Shown here: piece after piece, positions 1-10,128 of the stretch
Numbering within the stretch: the stretch's first letter is position 1
Layout: each line of letters begins with the position of its first letter
NCBI GenBank assembly: GCA_035499655.1
Contig: DATJYL010000197.1
Span: 25,255-89,254, forward strand
Direction of reading: 5' to 3'
DNA length: 64,000 nt
From: Pirellulales bacterium
GTDB lineage: Bacteria; Planctomycetota; Planctomycetia; Pirellulales; JADZDJ01
Translations under genes and position numbers: made by a program
The notes under the pieces: model-generated
The model's input: only the letters and a program-made list of their open reading frames with translations
What the model was told of the DNA's origin: nothing
Database searches by the model: none

Positions 1-395
1 TGTCGTTTCGGCAGTTGTTGGGTTTTAATTCCGACCAAACCGCCAAAACCGCAGAGGACTTGTTTCGCCACGCCCAACGCGAATACTTAAGTGGGAACTG
101 GATTAAGGCGGAACAACTGCTCATGCAGTTAATCGGCATCAACGGAAAGGACGTGGATGCACAACTGATGTTGGCCAGCCTGCTGCGCCGCACAGGTCAA
201 CTGGCCGAGGCATCAGAACGGCTGCGTAGAATAACGACATTAGACGGCGCCGAAAAATGGCGCAGCGAAATCCAACGCGAACGGCAACTTTTGGACGACC
301 AATTCAATCAACTTCAAACTTCGCCCATCACCCATCAAACAGCAATCAAGGTTAATCCGGTCAAAGGGCAGCCGTCGACCACCAAAGCCGCTTAA
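1..395 (+). CDS. TPR-like helical-repeat protein, C-terminal fragment (ORF open at window start)
   Basis: The frame of the 15..395 ORF has no stop back to nt 3. A/L/Q-rich helix pairs (YLSGNWIKAEQLLMQLIGINGKDVDAQLMLASLLRRTGQLAEASERL) look like TPR units. No catalytic motif seen. Confidence 0.4.
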   Translation, partial: SFRQLLGFNSDQTAKTAEDLFRHAQREYLSGNWIKAEQLLMQLIGINGKDVDAQLMLASLLRRTGQLAEASERLRRITTLDGAEKWRSEIQRERQLLDDQFNQLQTSPITHQTAIKVNPVKGQPSTTKAA

Positions 396-418
396 GGAAT
401 TTATCAATGTCAATGAAA

Positions 419-441
419 GCCCAGGGTTGCAACCCCTGGGC
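419..441 (+). terminator. GC hairpin downstream of the TPR-like ORF (GCCCAGGG-ttgcaac-CCCTGGGC), no T-run
   Basis: Perfect 8-bp stem read directly from the sequence. It has the same architecture as the hairpin after clpC, but no U-tract follows, so terminator function is uncertain. Confidence 0.3.
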
Positions 442-469
442 ATGAGTCAACTCAGAAACGAGAGCAATC

Positions 470-3061
470 ATGTACGAACGCTTCACCGATCGAGCTCGCA
501 AAGTCATGCAGCTGGCCAATCAAGAGGCTCAGCGCTTCAATCACGAATACATCGGCACGGAACACGTGCTGCTGGGCCTGATTAAAGAAGGCAGCGGCGT
601 GGCCGCCAACGTGCTGAAGAATCTGGATATCGACCTGCGCAAAATTCGCCTGGAAGTGGAAAAACTAGTCCAAAGCGGACCCGACATGGTCACCATGGGC
701 AAATTGCCGCAAACTCCGCGGGCGAAAAAAGTCATTGAGTATGCGATGGAGGAAGCGCGCAACCTGAATCACAACTACGTGGGCACGGAGCATATTTTGC
801 TGGGCCTATTGCGGGAACAGGAAGGCGTGGCGGCGCAGGTGCTGATGAACCTGGGTCTGAAATTGGAAGACGTGCGCGAAGAAGTACTCAGCCTGCTGGG
901 CCACGGCATGGAAAGCGAAGGAGGCGAACGGGGCGGGATGGAACGCGGCGGTGGCGGCGGCGGCGGCTCGGAACCGACGGGAAAAAGCGGGAAATCCAAA
1001 ACGCCGGCGCTGGACAGCTTCGGGCGCGACCTGACCGAACTGGCCCGGCAATCGAAGCTCGATCCGGTCATTGGCCGGGAGCGCGAAATCGAACGGGCCA
1101 TCCAAATTCTTTGCCGCCGCACTAAAAACAACCCGGTGCTGTTGGGCGAAGCCGGCGTGGGCAAAACGGCCATCGTGGAAGGGCTGGCGCAGCGCGTGGT
1201 CGACGGCAACGTGCCGGAAATCATGAGCGATAAACGGATTGTGGTGCTCGACCTGGCGATGATGGTTGCCGGCACCAAGTATCGCGGCCAATTCGAAGAG
1301 CGCATTAAAGCGGTGATGAACGAAGTCCGCCGCGCTAAAAACACCATTTTGTTCATCGACGAGTTACATACCCTGGTCGGCGCCGGGGGCGCCGAAGGGG
1401 CAATCGACGCCAGCAATGTGCTGAAGCCGGCGCTGGCTCGCGGCGAAATCCAGTGCATTGGCGCGACCACGCTGGATGAATATCGCAAGTACATTGAGAA
1501 AGATAGCGCGCTGGCGCGCCGCTTCCAGGAGATTATCGTCGAGCCGTCGAATAAATCCGAAACGATCGAAATCCTCAAAGGCTTGCGCGACCGGTACGAA
1601 TCGCACCATCGCGTCCAAATTACCGACGACGCCATTGAGGCTGCCGTGGAACTGTCCAGCCGCTATGTCACAGGCCGTTGCCTGCCCGATAAGGCCATCG
1701 ATGTCATCGACGAAGCCGGCGCCCGGGTGCGGCTGAAAGCCATGACTAAGCCGCCCGATCTGAAGGAAATCGACGAGGAAGTCGAACGGCTGAATAAGGA
1801 AAAAGAGGAGGCTGTGGCGAATCAAGATTTTGAAAAGGCGGCTTCGCTGCGCGATTCGGCCGACAAGCTGAAAAAGAAAAAGCAGCAAATCACCCGCGAC
1901 TGGCGCGACAAATCGCGCGAGGCCGACGGCGTGGTCGACGAAGAGGTGATTGCCGAAGTCGTGTCCAAAATGACCGGCATCCCGCTGACGCGCATGACCA
2001 CCGAAGACAGCATGCGCTTGATGAAAATGGAAGAAGACCTGCACAACCGTGTGGTCAGCCAGGACGAAGCCATCAAAAGCATTTCTAAGGCCGTGCGTCG
2101 CAGCCGCAGCGGACTAAAGGATCCCAAGCGGCCCACCGGGTGCTTTATTTTTGCCGGTCCAACGGGCGTGGGCAAAACGCTGCTGGCCAAAGCGCTGGCC
2201 GCGTTCATGTTTGGCGATGAAGAAGCGCTGGTGCAAATCGACATGAGCGAATACATGGAAAAGCATAACGTCAGCCGCCTGATCGGCGCGCCACCCGGCT
2301 ACGTCGGCTACGAGGAAGGGGGCCAACTGACGGAAAAAATTCGCCGCCGACCGTATGCGGTCGTGCTGCTCGATGAAATCGAAAAGGCGCATCCCGACGT
2401 TTTCAACATGCTGTTGCAGGTCATGGAAGAAGGGCGTTTGACCGACAGCTTTGGTCGGCACGTCGACTTCCGTAACACCATTTTGATTATGACCACCAAC
2501 GCCGGCGCCGAAGCCATTAAGAATGAATCCGATTTTGGCTTCCGCAAAGCCGACAGCGACAGCTCCTACGAAAGCATGAAGGAGCGCGTCACGGAGCGCA
2601 TTGAAAAAGTGTTCCGGCCCGAATTCCTGAACCGACTGGACGATTTGATCGTGTTCCGTCATCTCACGAAGGACGATTTGAAGCAGGTGATCGACATCGA
2701 GCTGTCGAAAGTCCGTTCGCGGCTTTCGGAACGGGGCCTGAAATTGGTTCTGACCGATGCCGCCAAGGAATATGTGATACGCAAGGGATCGAATCTCGAT
2801 TTTGGCGCTCGACCGCTGCGCCGCGAAATCGAGCAGCGCATCGAAGACCCGCTCTCCGAGGAGCTGCTTAAGGGCGAATTCCAAGGCAAAGACACCATCG
2901 TGGTCGACGTAAAGAAAGACGACGAGGGCAAGGTCAAGCATCTGACATTCATCGGCAGCATCGGCGAACCGGCGGAATTGGTCGGCGCCGCAGCTTCCAC
3001 ACCCGCGGAGTCGAATACCGGCGACGACGATCAGCCCGAGCCAGCCGGGGAAGGTCCGTAA
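470..3061 (+). CDS. clpC: ATP-dependent Clp protease ATP-binding subunit ClpC (class III stress AAA+ chaperone)
   Basis: 863 aa. It has two Clp_N repeats ([13 protein letters not shown] / [13 protein letters not shown]) and two Walker A motifs ([16 protein letters not shown]). A UVR-like motif ([20 protein letters not shown]) sits between the AAA+ modules, and the ClpB_D2-small C-terminus is conserved. There is also a Gly-rich insert, [19 protein letters not shown]. Confidence 0.95.
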   Translation: MYERFTDRARKVMQLANQEAQRFNHEYIGTEHVLLGLIKEGSGVAANVLKNLDIDLRKIRLEVEKLVQSGPDMVTMGKLPQTPRAKKVIEYAMEEARNLNHNYVGTEHILLGLLREQEGVAAQVLMNLGLKLEDVREEVLSLLGHGMESEGGERGGMERGGGGGGGSEPTGKSGKSKTPALDSFGRDLTELARQSKLDPVIGREREIERAIQILCRRTKNNPVLLGEAGVGKTAIVEGLAQRVVDGNVPEIMSDKRIVVLDLAMMVAGTKYRGQFEERIKAVMNEVRRAKNTILFIDELHTLVGAGGAEGAIDASNVLKPALARGEIQCIGATTLDEYRKYIEKDSALARRFQEIIVEPSNKSETIEILKGLRDRYESHHRVQITDDAIEAAVELSSRYVTGRCLPDKAIDVIDEAGARVRLKAMTKPPDLKEIDEEVERLNKEKEEAVANQDFEKAASLRDSADKLKKKKQQITRDWRDKSREADGVVDEEVIAEVVSKMTGIPLTRMTTEDSMRLMKMEEDLHNRVVSQDEAIKSISKAVRRSRSGLKDPKRPTGCFIFAGPTGVGKTLLAKALAAFMFGDEEALVQIDMSEYMEKHNVSRLIGAPPGYVGYEEGGQLTEKIRRRPYAVVLLDEIEKAHPDVFNMLLQVMEEGRLTDSFGRHVDFRNTILIMTTNAGAEAIKNESDFGFRKADSDSSYESMKERVTERIEKVFRPEFLNRLDDLIVFRHLTKDDLKQVIDIELSKVRSRLSERGLKLVLTDAAKEYVIRKGSNLDFGARPLRREIEQRIEDPLSEELLKGEFQGKDTIVVDVKKDDEGKVKHLTFIGSIGEPAELVGAAASTPAESNTGDDDQPEPAGEGP

Positions 3062-3094
3062 AGTTGTCGGATTAAGGTTTTGGAAATCACATCA

Positions 3095-3123
3095 GCCCGG
3101 GGTTGCCAGCCCCGGGCTTTTTT
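3095..3123 (+). terminator. Rho-independent terminator of clpC
   Basis: GCCCGGGG-ttgccag-CCCCGGGC perfect 8-bp GC stem followed directly by TTTTTT, 34 nt after the clpC stop. Confidence 0.8.
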
Positions 3124-3334
3124 GCTGGCACTTTGCGTTTGCCAGCATCGCTAGCGGCTTTGCCGATTTTCAATAACCGGAAACATTCCCGCATCCGACA
3201 CACTTCTCTCAAGCGGCAAGGTTAGACGGTCGAATGATAGGACGGCGGTGTTTTGCGCGCGAAGTGCCGTCCTGCGCTCCGAATGAACGGTCGAGTAGAC
3301 ACGGCAGACACCATTTCCACACCCCTCAACGCAG

Positions 3335-4210
3335 ATGTCCACCGAAGCCAGTTCCTCACTATCTCCGCCATCGCGCTCCCACGGCCATCTGGACGGAGCG
3401 ATGGATTGGATTGCCGATTTGGGCGAGGTCATCATCCGCTGGATTACGACGATCGGAGACGTCGCGCTTTTTACCTGGCGTACATTTCGCTGGATGTTCA
3501 CGCGGATGCCGCGCAAAGACACGCTATTGCCCAACTTCTACCAGATTGGCGTGCTGAGCCTGCCCGTGGTGGCTATCACGGGCACGTTCATTGGGATGGT
3601 GCTGTCGGTGCAAAGTTACGATCAATTTCGGCAAATGCACTTAGAGAGCCGGTTGGGGGCAGTCATTAACGAATCGCTGGTCCGCGAGTTGGGCCCCGTG
3701 TTGGCGGCCACGATGCTGGCCGGCCGCGTGGGCAGCGCCATTGCCGCTGAGTTGGGCACCATGCGCGTGACCGAGCAAATCGACGCGCTGACCTGCATGG
3801 GCGCCAACCCGATTTACTATTTAGTCGTCCCACGGTTTTTGGGCTGCTTGCTGTTGATTCCGGCGCTAACCGTCATGGCCGATTTCATGGGCGTCGTGGG
3901 GGGTGCTTTTTACAGCATCAGTATTTTGCAAATTGATTCCCATTTCTACTGGGAGAATTCGCAGCGCTATGTCGGCAACTGGGATTTATACGTTGGTATT
4001 TTTAAGAGCCTGTTTTTCGGCGCGGCGATTGCACAAATCAGCTGCCACCGCGGTTTCCATTGCGACCCCGGCGCCGAAGGGGTGGGCCGTGCCGCTACGA
4101 ATGCCTTTGTGTACTCGTTCGTGATTATTTTGATTCTCGATTTGTTCCTGAACATTGGACTGAACGCACTTTCTCAGGCAATTTGGCCCAGCCAAGCCAA
4201 GCTGTTTTGA
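3335..4210 (+). CDS. mlaE: MlaE/YrbE-family ABC transporter permease
   Basis: Multi-TM protein with the family-typical core [33 protein letters not shown]. It is followed by the cognate ATPase and an MCE protein. The exact start is uncertain because the S/P-rich first ~30 aa may not be translated. Confidence 0.85.
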   Translation: MSTEASSSLSPPSRSHGHLDGAMDWIADLGEVIIRWITTIGDVALFTWRTFRWMFTRMPRKDTLLPNFYQIGVLSLPVVAITGTFIGMVLSVQSYDQFRQMHLESRLGAVINESLVRELGPVLAATMLAGRVGSAIAAELGTMRVTEQIDALTCMGANPIYYLVVPRFLGCLLLIPALTVMADFMGVVGGAFYSISILQIDSHFYWENSQRYVGNWDLYVGIFKSLFFGAAIAQISCHRGFHCDPGAEGVGRAATNAFVYSFVIILILDLFLNIGLNALSQAIWPSQAKLF

Positions 4211-4214
4211 TCGC

Positions 4215-5027
4215 ATGACCGGCGATACTTCCAAACCACTGATCGAAACGAAAAATCTCCACGTCCGTTTTGGGAGACAAGCCGTGCTGCGCAATCTGAA
4301 CATTGCCGTGCCGCGCGGACAAACGCTGGTGGTCATTGGCGAAAGCGGCTGCGGCAAAACGGTGCTGTTGAAAATGCTGATCGGCCTGGGGCAGCCCAGC
4401 AAGGGTTCCGTCCTGCTGGAAGACCGGAATTTGGCTCAGCTGAACGATCAGGAAATCGCTCGCCAGCGCACCCGGTACGGATTTTTGTTTCAGGGAGCCG
4501 CGCTGTTCGACAGCCTGACGGTCACGCAAAACGTCGCCTTTCCGCTGAAGGAGCACACCGACAAAACCTCGGAACAAATTCAGCACATTGTCATGGAAAA
4601 AGTGGCCGAAGTGGGCCTGCCCGCTGAAGCGCTTGACAAACATCCGGCCGAACTGTCCGGCGGCATGCGAAAGCGCGTCGGCCTGGCCCGCGCGTTGGCC
4701 CTTAATCCGGAAATCATGCTGTACGACGAGCCGACCACGGGACTGGATCCCATCATGAGCGACGTCATCAACGAACTGATCCTCAACACCCGCAAGTTGC
4801 ACTCCGTGACCAGCATCGTGGTGACGCACGACATGAACACGGTGCGCAAAGTGGCCGACCGCGTGGTGATGATGTTTCCTTTGGCGAATCTCAAACCGGA
4901 GGAACCCCAATTGATTTTCGACGGTCCGCCCGATGCGCTGGAACGCAGCAGTGACAAGCGTGTTTCGCAATTTGTGCGCGGCGAGGCCGGCTCGCGCCTG
5001 CGCGAAATGCAAAAAAACTCACACTAA
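4215..5027 (+). CDS. mlaF: MlaF-like ABC transporter ATP-binding protein
   Basis: Walker A GESGCGKT, ABC signature LSGGMRKRVGLARAL, Walker B MLYDEPTTGLD. The gene starts 4 nt after the permease stop. Confidence 0.9.
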   Translation: MTGDTSKPLIETKNLHVRFGRQAVLRNLNIAVPRGQTLVVIGESGCGKTVLLKMLIGLGQPSKGSVLLEDRNLAQLNDQEIARQRTRYGFLFQGAALFDSLTVTQNVAFPLKEHTDKTSEQIQHIVMEKVAEVGLPAEALDKHPAELSGGMRKRVGLARALALNPEIMLYDEPTTGLDPIMSDVINELILNTRKLHSVTSIVVTHDMNTVRKVADRVVMMFPLANLKPEEPQLIFDGPPDALERSSDKRVSQFVRGEAGSRLREMQKNSH

Positions 5028-5057
5028 TTATCCCACTGACCACTGAAACCCCCGTCC

Positions 5058-6125
5058 ATGGACGAACGTGTCGTACAATTCCGCGTTGGTGTCACGGTGC
5101 TGGCGGCACTGATTATCACCGGCATTCTGATGCTGCTGTTTGGCGAAGCGCCGGCATTGCTGCGCGGAACGTACGTGGTGTACATCAAATTCCATTCCGC
5201 GCCCGGTGTCTCGCAAGACACGCCCGTGCAAAAAAGCGGCATTCGCATCGGCAAGGTGACCAAAGTGCAGTTCGCGCCCGACAATGACGTTTTGATCACG
5301 GCCAGCATTGATGGCGGCATCGATTTATATCGGGACGAAGCCGTGGAAATTAAACAAAGCCTGCTCGGTGATGCCAGACTGGAATTTGTGCCCGGTCCCC
5401 AAAGAGTGGTCCAGCGGACACGGATTCAACCCGGCGATCTGCTCGCCGGCGCCGTATCGACCGATCCGCTGCAAGCCTTCGCCAATATCGAAGGCAATTT
5501 GAACCGCGCCGCGGAATCGCTTACCGATGCCGGCACCGAAGTCGGCAAGCTGGCAAAGAATCTGAACGACGTGTTGGGTACGAATCGAGAGCAGTTCTCC
5601 AAAATCATCAAAGACACCGACGATACCATGCAAATGTTCCAAAAATCGCTCAAGGACATTGACGATGTGGCCGGTGACGAGAAACTGAAGCACGACCTCA
5701 AGCAATCCATTGCCGAAATGCCCAAACTCCTGGGCGAAACGCGCGACACCATCAATGGCATGCAAAAAACCATCGCCTTGGCGAACGACAACCTGCAAAA
5801 CATTCAAACCGTGACCAAGGCCATGGACGAACAAGGCGAGGGGATGATCAGCAACATTGCCCAAAGCGTGGAACGCTTGGACGATTTGCTGGGACAAATG
5901 AACAAGTTCAGCCGGGCGCTGAACAGCAAAGAAGGCTCGCTGGGACAACTGGTGAACAATCCGGAGCTGTACAATAATCTCAGCCAGGCGGCGACGAACG
6001 TCAATCGTTTGACCCGCGAACTGGAACCGATCATTTGCAACGTGAACATCATCACGGACAAAGTGGCGCGTCATCCCGGTGTGATCGTGACCGACGCCAT
6101 CAGCCCTGGGCCAGGATTAAAGTAA
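5058..6125 (+). CDS. mlaD: MlaD/MCE-domain substrate-binding protein with long coiled-coil C-terminus
   Basis: N-terminal TM (VTVLAALIITGILMLLF) followed by an MCE-like beta domain (YIKFHSAPGVSQDTPVQKSGIRIGKVTKV...). It is the third gene of the ABC cluster. Confidence 0.85.
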   Translation: MDERVVQFRVGVTVLAALIITGILMLLFGEAPALLRGTYVVYIKFHSAPGVSQDTPVQKSGIRIGKVTKVQFAPDNDVLITASIDGGIDLYRDEAVEIKQSLLGDARLEFVPGPQRVVQRTRIQPGDLLAGAVSTDPLQAFANIEGNLNRAAESLTDAGTEVGKLAKNLNDVLGTNREQFSKIIKDTDDTMQMFQKSLKDIDDVAGDEKLKHDLKQSIAEMPKLLGETRDTINGMQKTIALANDNLQNIQTVTKAMDEQGEGMISNIAQSVERLDDLLGQMNKFSRALNSKEGSLGQLVNNPELYNNLSQAATNVNRLTRELEPIICNVNIITDKVARHPGVIVTDAISPGPGLK

Positions 6126-6159
6126 TCGCAATGGCCGTCGTCCGTGCCAGTGAGGGATT

Positions 6160-6948
6160 TTACCGTTGCAGGGGCGTTGTTGCCTCGCCAATCGGCCGCC
6201 AACCGGGCGGAACGACCGGCTGATTGAACAGCGGTCCACTGGTGGGTGGGGCAGCGGGAGGGGGCGGCAGCGCACTGGGTGCAGGATACGCATTGGGCGC
6301 AGGGTACCCGCCCGGCGGCGGATAATTGCCCGGCGGGATTAACGTTGGCGCCCCGTTGATCGGCGGCAACGCCTGCGGATTGGCATTCAACGCCGGCGCA
6401 CCCCCCGCAGCCTGAGAAGTGATTTGCGGCGTCTCGATTGCCGGAGCCGCCATTGCTGGCGGCCCTATCGCGGGAGCGACTGTCGCCGGGGGCGCTGTAA
6501 CCACGGGCGTTTCGGCCGCCGTCTGCATGATACTGGCGGTGCGCAACTGATCGGCCCGACTTTTCAGCTCTTCGGTGGGCACCATTATTAACGGGCTCAT
6601 TTGGTAATCGAAAGCACGTTCGTCACGAATTTTTCCCGGCCAAAAGTTCTCGCTGAAAAAATCAATGCCCGGCCAATCGTACCAGGGAGCAGGCATCGGC
6701 TGATAAACCGTCAAGGTTTCGTAGCCGTCCTTCACTAAGCGAATTTTTCGGGTGCCATAATAAGTGTAATTGGCGGAGGCGGGCGCGGAGCCGATTTGAT
6801 AATCGTCGACATAAACCTCCGCACCGGGCGGATTGCTCCGTACGGTCATCCGCCGCTCCACGCACCCGGACAGGCTTTCCGCCAGCGCCAACAGGGCCAG
6901 TGCAAAACCTAAGCGGCGGAGGCAATTTGTATGGGTAGCAATCGACAT
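6160..6948 (-). CDS. PEGA-domain lipoprotein with Pro-rich C-terminal tail
   Basis: Signal peptide plus lipobox (LALAESLSGC). PEGA-like segment VRSNPPGAEVYVDDYQIGSAP...KIRLVKDGYETL. The C-terminus is a P/A/G-rich low-complexity region. Confidence 0.6.
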   Translation of the reverse strand: MSIATHTNCLRRLGFALALLALAESLSGCVERRMTVRSNPPGAEVYVDDYQIGSAPASANYTYYGTRKIRLVKDGYETLTVYQPMPAPWYDWPGIDFFSENFWPGKIRDERAFDYQMSPLIMVPTEELKSRADQLRTASIMQTAAETPVVTAPPATVAPAIGPPAMAAPAIETPQITSQAAGGAPALNANPQALPPINGAPTLIPPGNYPPPGGYPAPNAYPAPSALPPPPAAPPTSGPLFNQPVVPPGWRPIGEATTPLQR

Positions 6949-7068
6949 CGGTCGGTCAAAATAGGGAGGCGCGAACGGCCACAGAGAAAAGCGCGGGAGT
7001 ATAGCCGGCGCGCCCCGACTGTTGCTAGCCCGATTCCTGCCTTACAGGCCAAAGCTGCAGCCGACGAT

Positions 7069-7144
7069 GGTGGTGGGACAATTTGAAATTCCGACAGCCG
7101 CTTTTCCCGACTGACACAGTCGGGCTATGTTCAAATTGGCCCAC
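7069..7144. repeat. 76-bp nested-palindrome element, copy 1 (second copy at 34856..34931)
   Basis: 75/76 identical to 34856..34931. Outer arms are GTGGGACAATTTGAA / TTCAAATTGGCCCAC. The inner perfect hairpin is CCCGACTG-aca-CAGTCGGG. Confidence 0.85.
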
Positions 7145-7379
7145 CACCCCGACGATCCAAGACTACACCCGCCCAAAATTTCCAGTTAGAATGGGTATTT
7201 TGCGACGCACAGCGCAAACGGGAAGTTACGCTGTCATATCGCACGGTAACGTTGCCTTTCCGTTTGGAACACCGCCGTGGCCGATGCTCGAACTTTGAAG
7301 TATGGGCATTCGGAATAACTTTTCTTGTAGTGCGTAGACAGATTCTCGCGTTCTGAAAAACTATCGACAAGGCTCGTGC

Positions 7380-8717
7380 ATGGCATCGGCAGTGACTTGG
7401 AACGATTGCCTGGAATACGTCGCACTCACCGATGTCGGCATGCGTCGCGCGAACAATCAAGACGCCCACGCGGAAGTTCTCGCTCCCGATCCGGAAAGTT
7501 GGTTTCGTCGCGGTCACATGTTTGTGGTTTGCGACGGCATGGGGGCCCATGCAGCAGGGGAACTGGCCAGCGAGATGGCGGCGGAAGGCATTCCGCACAA
7601 TTATCTCAAATATTGCGCGTTGCCCGCCGCCGACGCCATTCGAAAGAGCGTGGAGGAAGTGAACGGGCAAATTTATAGCCGCGGGCAAGCCAATCCGGAT
7701 TTTCAAGGCATGGGCACGACTGCCAGCGCGCTGCTGCTGTTGCCGCAAGGCGCCTTGGTGGCCCATGTTGGCGACAGCCGCGTGTATCGGCTGCGCGGGC
7801 AACGTCTGGAACAGCTGACGTTCGATCACAGCTTGGTGTGGGAGATGTCGGCCGCCGGACAAGTACCCAAAAGTGCGCTGCCCGGGTTCGTGCCTAAAAA
7901 CATTATCACTCGTTCGTTAGGTCCGCATGCCGAGGTACGAGTCGATTTGGAAGGCCCTTATCCGCTGGAACCGAGCGACATGTTTTTACTGTGTAGCGAT
8001 GGCCTGAGCGGCCAAGTGCAAGACGCTGAAATCGGTGCACTGCTGCAATCGTTGCCTCCAGCAGAAGCCGCGCAGGTGCTTGTCGACTTGGCCAATTTGC
8101 GCGGCGGACCCGACAATGTCACGGTGATTGTCGTTCGAGTAATCAATGCCGCGCTGACGTCGGCTGGCGGATGGCAGGCCGAACCGCTGGCCCTTACCGC
8201 GCAACCCCCTGCTGCGCCCCCGCCTCCCCTTGGCGGCAAATCACTGTGGATTGCCGCAGCTGTGTGTCTGACGGTCGCGCTTGTTTTGGGCATCGCCCAA
8301 TGGACCATTCCCGCGCTGTGCGCGATTTTGGTCGCAATCGCCTTGGGCATGATTAGCTTCCTACAGCGTCTAACACCGACACAGCAAGCGATGCGCTATC
8401 TGCCTGCCGGTGTGCGGTTAGGCAACGGGCCACACGCCACCATCGAATGCCAACCCAATGAAGAACTGGTACGGGAACTGATATCGATGATTGAGCAATT
8501 GCGGGAAGCTGCCACCGAAGAACAGTGGTCGGTCGATTGGGAGCCATTTAATGCTCGTAGTCTTGAGGGCAAACAAGCGTTAGATGCTCGGGATTTTCCA
8601 CGAGCCGTCCGCGAGTACGCTACTGCCCTGCGTTTCCTGATGAATGAGTTGCGCCAGCAACAAGCGCGGGTGCAAACCGGAAATTACCAGCCGCAGCCTC
8701 GCGCTGAAAATGGTTGA
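7380..8717 (+). CDS. PP2C-family Ser/Thr protein phosphatase with C-terminal TM segments and extra domain
   Basis: PP2C motifs: DVGMRRANNQDA, FVVCDGMGAHAAGELAS, GMGTTASALLL, VAHVGDSRVYRL, LLCSDGL, GGPDNVTVIVVRV. Two hydrophobic segments follow (LWIAAAVCLTVALVLGI, ALCAILVAIALGMISFL), then a ~100-aa tail. Confidence 0.9.
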   Translation: MASAVTWNDCLEYVALTDVGMRRANNQDAHAEVLAPDPESWFRRGHMFVVCDGMGAHAAGELASEMAAEGIPHNYLKYCALPAADAIRKSVEEVNGQIYSRGQANPDFQGMGTTASALLLLPQGALVAHVGDSRVYRLRGQRLEQLTFDHSLVWEMSAAGQVPKSALPGFVPKNIITRSLGPHAEVRVDLEGPYPLEPSDMFLLCSDGLSGQVQDAEIGALLQSLPPAEAAQVLVDLANLRGGPDNVTVIVVRVINAALTSAGGWQAEPLALTAQPPAAPPPPLGGKSLWIAAAVCLTVALVLGIAQWTIPALCAILVAIALGMISFLQRLTPTQQAMRYLPAGVRLGNGPHATIECQPNEELVRELISMIEQLREAATEEQWSVDWEPFNARSLEGKQALDARDFPRAVREYATALRFLMNELRQQQARVQTGNYQPQPRAENG

Positions 8718-8871
8718 TTTTTTCGGGTTGTTCTGCGGCAGATGATCGGTCGGGTAAGCACTTCGAACCGAGATCTTAATTTCTGGCCGGGAATTTTTAA
8801 CAGGTTCTGTGGCGAGTCGAGAAATTGTCGTTTCCGGAACGGCGGGAAACGAGTACAGTAATTTTCCCACT

Positions 8872-10053
8872 ATGCCAATTTTTACCCGCTATGTTCTGGC
8901 TGAATTGCTCAAAGTCTTTCTGGTGGCTCTCGCTGGAATGACGTTGTTTTTTTTGTTGTTTGGCGTGGTTCGGCTGGCGTACTACGAAGGCTTGGGACTG
9001 AAGCAGGTGTTGCAGCTGATACCGTATGTGTTGCCCGATGCCATGCGGTTCTCGGTTCCGGCCACGATTTTGTTCGCCGCTTGCAGCGTGTTCGGGCGAT
9101 TAGCCGCGGCGAACGAAATCATTGCCGTCAAAGCCAGCGGCATTACGCCGATGATTCTGTTGTGGCCGGCCTTCGTGCTGGCATTTTTGGTTAGCCTGTG
9201 GGCAGTGTGGCTGAACGATGTGGCTGTTTCTTGGGGCTACGACGGCGCCACGCGGGTGGTGGTGGAAGCCGTGGAAGAAATCGCCTACGGGCGGCTGCGT
9301 CAACAGCATGCCTATAGCGCGAAGAAGTTTTCCATCAATGTGGCCGATGTGGATGGCAAGCGTCTGATTAGCCCGACCATCACCTTGGAAGGCGAGGGGG
9401 ATCAACCCTCGACCACGATCATCTGCGAGGAAGCCACGCTGCATACCGATTTGGCCGCGCAAACACTGAACATTTCGTGCGACAACTGTTCGATCCAATA
9501 CGGCGAACTTAATTCCGAGATGCCGCATTTAGATCGGGCGATTCCGCTCAACGAGGCCAGCCACAAAAGCGGCGGGGGCGGCAGTCCCTCGTACTTGGCG
9601 ATGCACGTCATTCCGAGCGAACGCATCGATCAGGAAAATCATATTCAGAAATTGCAGCAGCAATTTACCGCCAAAGCAGCCTATCAAATGATCTGCGGGG
9701 ATTTTTCGCAGTTGGAAGGTCCATCGTGGTCCGCCGCTCAATCGGAATTGACTGAAGCGCAGCAGCGGCTGTATCGGTTGCAGATGGAGCCCTCGCGCCG
9801 CTGGGCGAACGGCTTCAGTTGCCTGTGTTTTGTGCTGTTGGGCGCGCCACTGGCCATTTGCATGCGAAACTCCGACTTCCTGAGCAGCTTTTTTATGTGT
9901 TTCATGCCAATCTTAATCTGTTATTACCCCTTGCTGATTTTGGGCGTGTCGAAGGCCAAGGCCGGTTTTTTTCCCGTGTGCGGCGTCTGGGCCGGCAACG
10001 TCATTCTGGCCATCGTCGGCGTGCAGTTCATGCGCAGAGTATATCGACGCTAG
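8872..10053 (+). CDS. LptF/LptG (YjgP/YjgQ) family permease
   Basis: Typical N-terminus MPIFTRYVLAELLKVFLVALAGMTLFFLLF. TM1-3 are followed by a periplasmic insert and then C-terminal TMs. The ATG at 8872 is preferred over the upstream GTG at 8809. Confidence 0.8.
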   Translation: MPIFTRYVLAELLKVFLVALAGMTLFFLLFGVVRLAYYEGLGLKQVLQLIPYVLPDAMRFSVPATILFAACSVFGRLAAANEIIAVKASGITPMILLWPAFVLAFLVSLWAVWLNDVAVSWGYDGATRVVVEAVEEIAYGRLRQQHAYSAKKFSINVADVDGKRLISPTITLEGEGDQPSTTIICEEATLHTDLAAQTLNISCDNCSIQYGELNSEMPHLDRAIPLNEASHKSGGGGSPSYLAMHVIPSERIDQENHIQKLQQQFTAKAAYQMICGDFSQLEGPSWSAAQSELTEAQQRLYRLQMEPSRRWANGFSCLCFVLLGAPLAICMRNSDFLSSFFMCFMPILICYYPLLILGVSKAKAGFFPVCGVWAGNVILAIVGVQFMRRVYRR

Positions 10054-10128
10054 AATCGCTGGGCGCACCGTAGGGGAGAGAAAGACAAGCGGCGTGGGGA
10101 AGCGGGAAAATCGTGGCTCCGCCGCTGC

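Noticed and set aside
775-2941. Several long minus-strand ORFs (286, 226, 275 aa and others) inside clpC
   Set aside because: They are antisense to an unambiguous ClpC coding sequence. Their translations are R/S/P/A-rich with no recognisable domains, so they are shadow ORFs.
3126-3142. TGGCAC...TTGC sigma-54 promoter-like string downstream of the clpC terminator
   Set aside because: The GG-to-GC spacing does not fit the -24/-12 rule: TGGCACTTTGC is too short, and TGGCACTTTGCGTTTGC is 2 nt too long. No other convincing TGGCAC-N5-TTGC site was found by eye.
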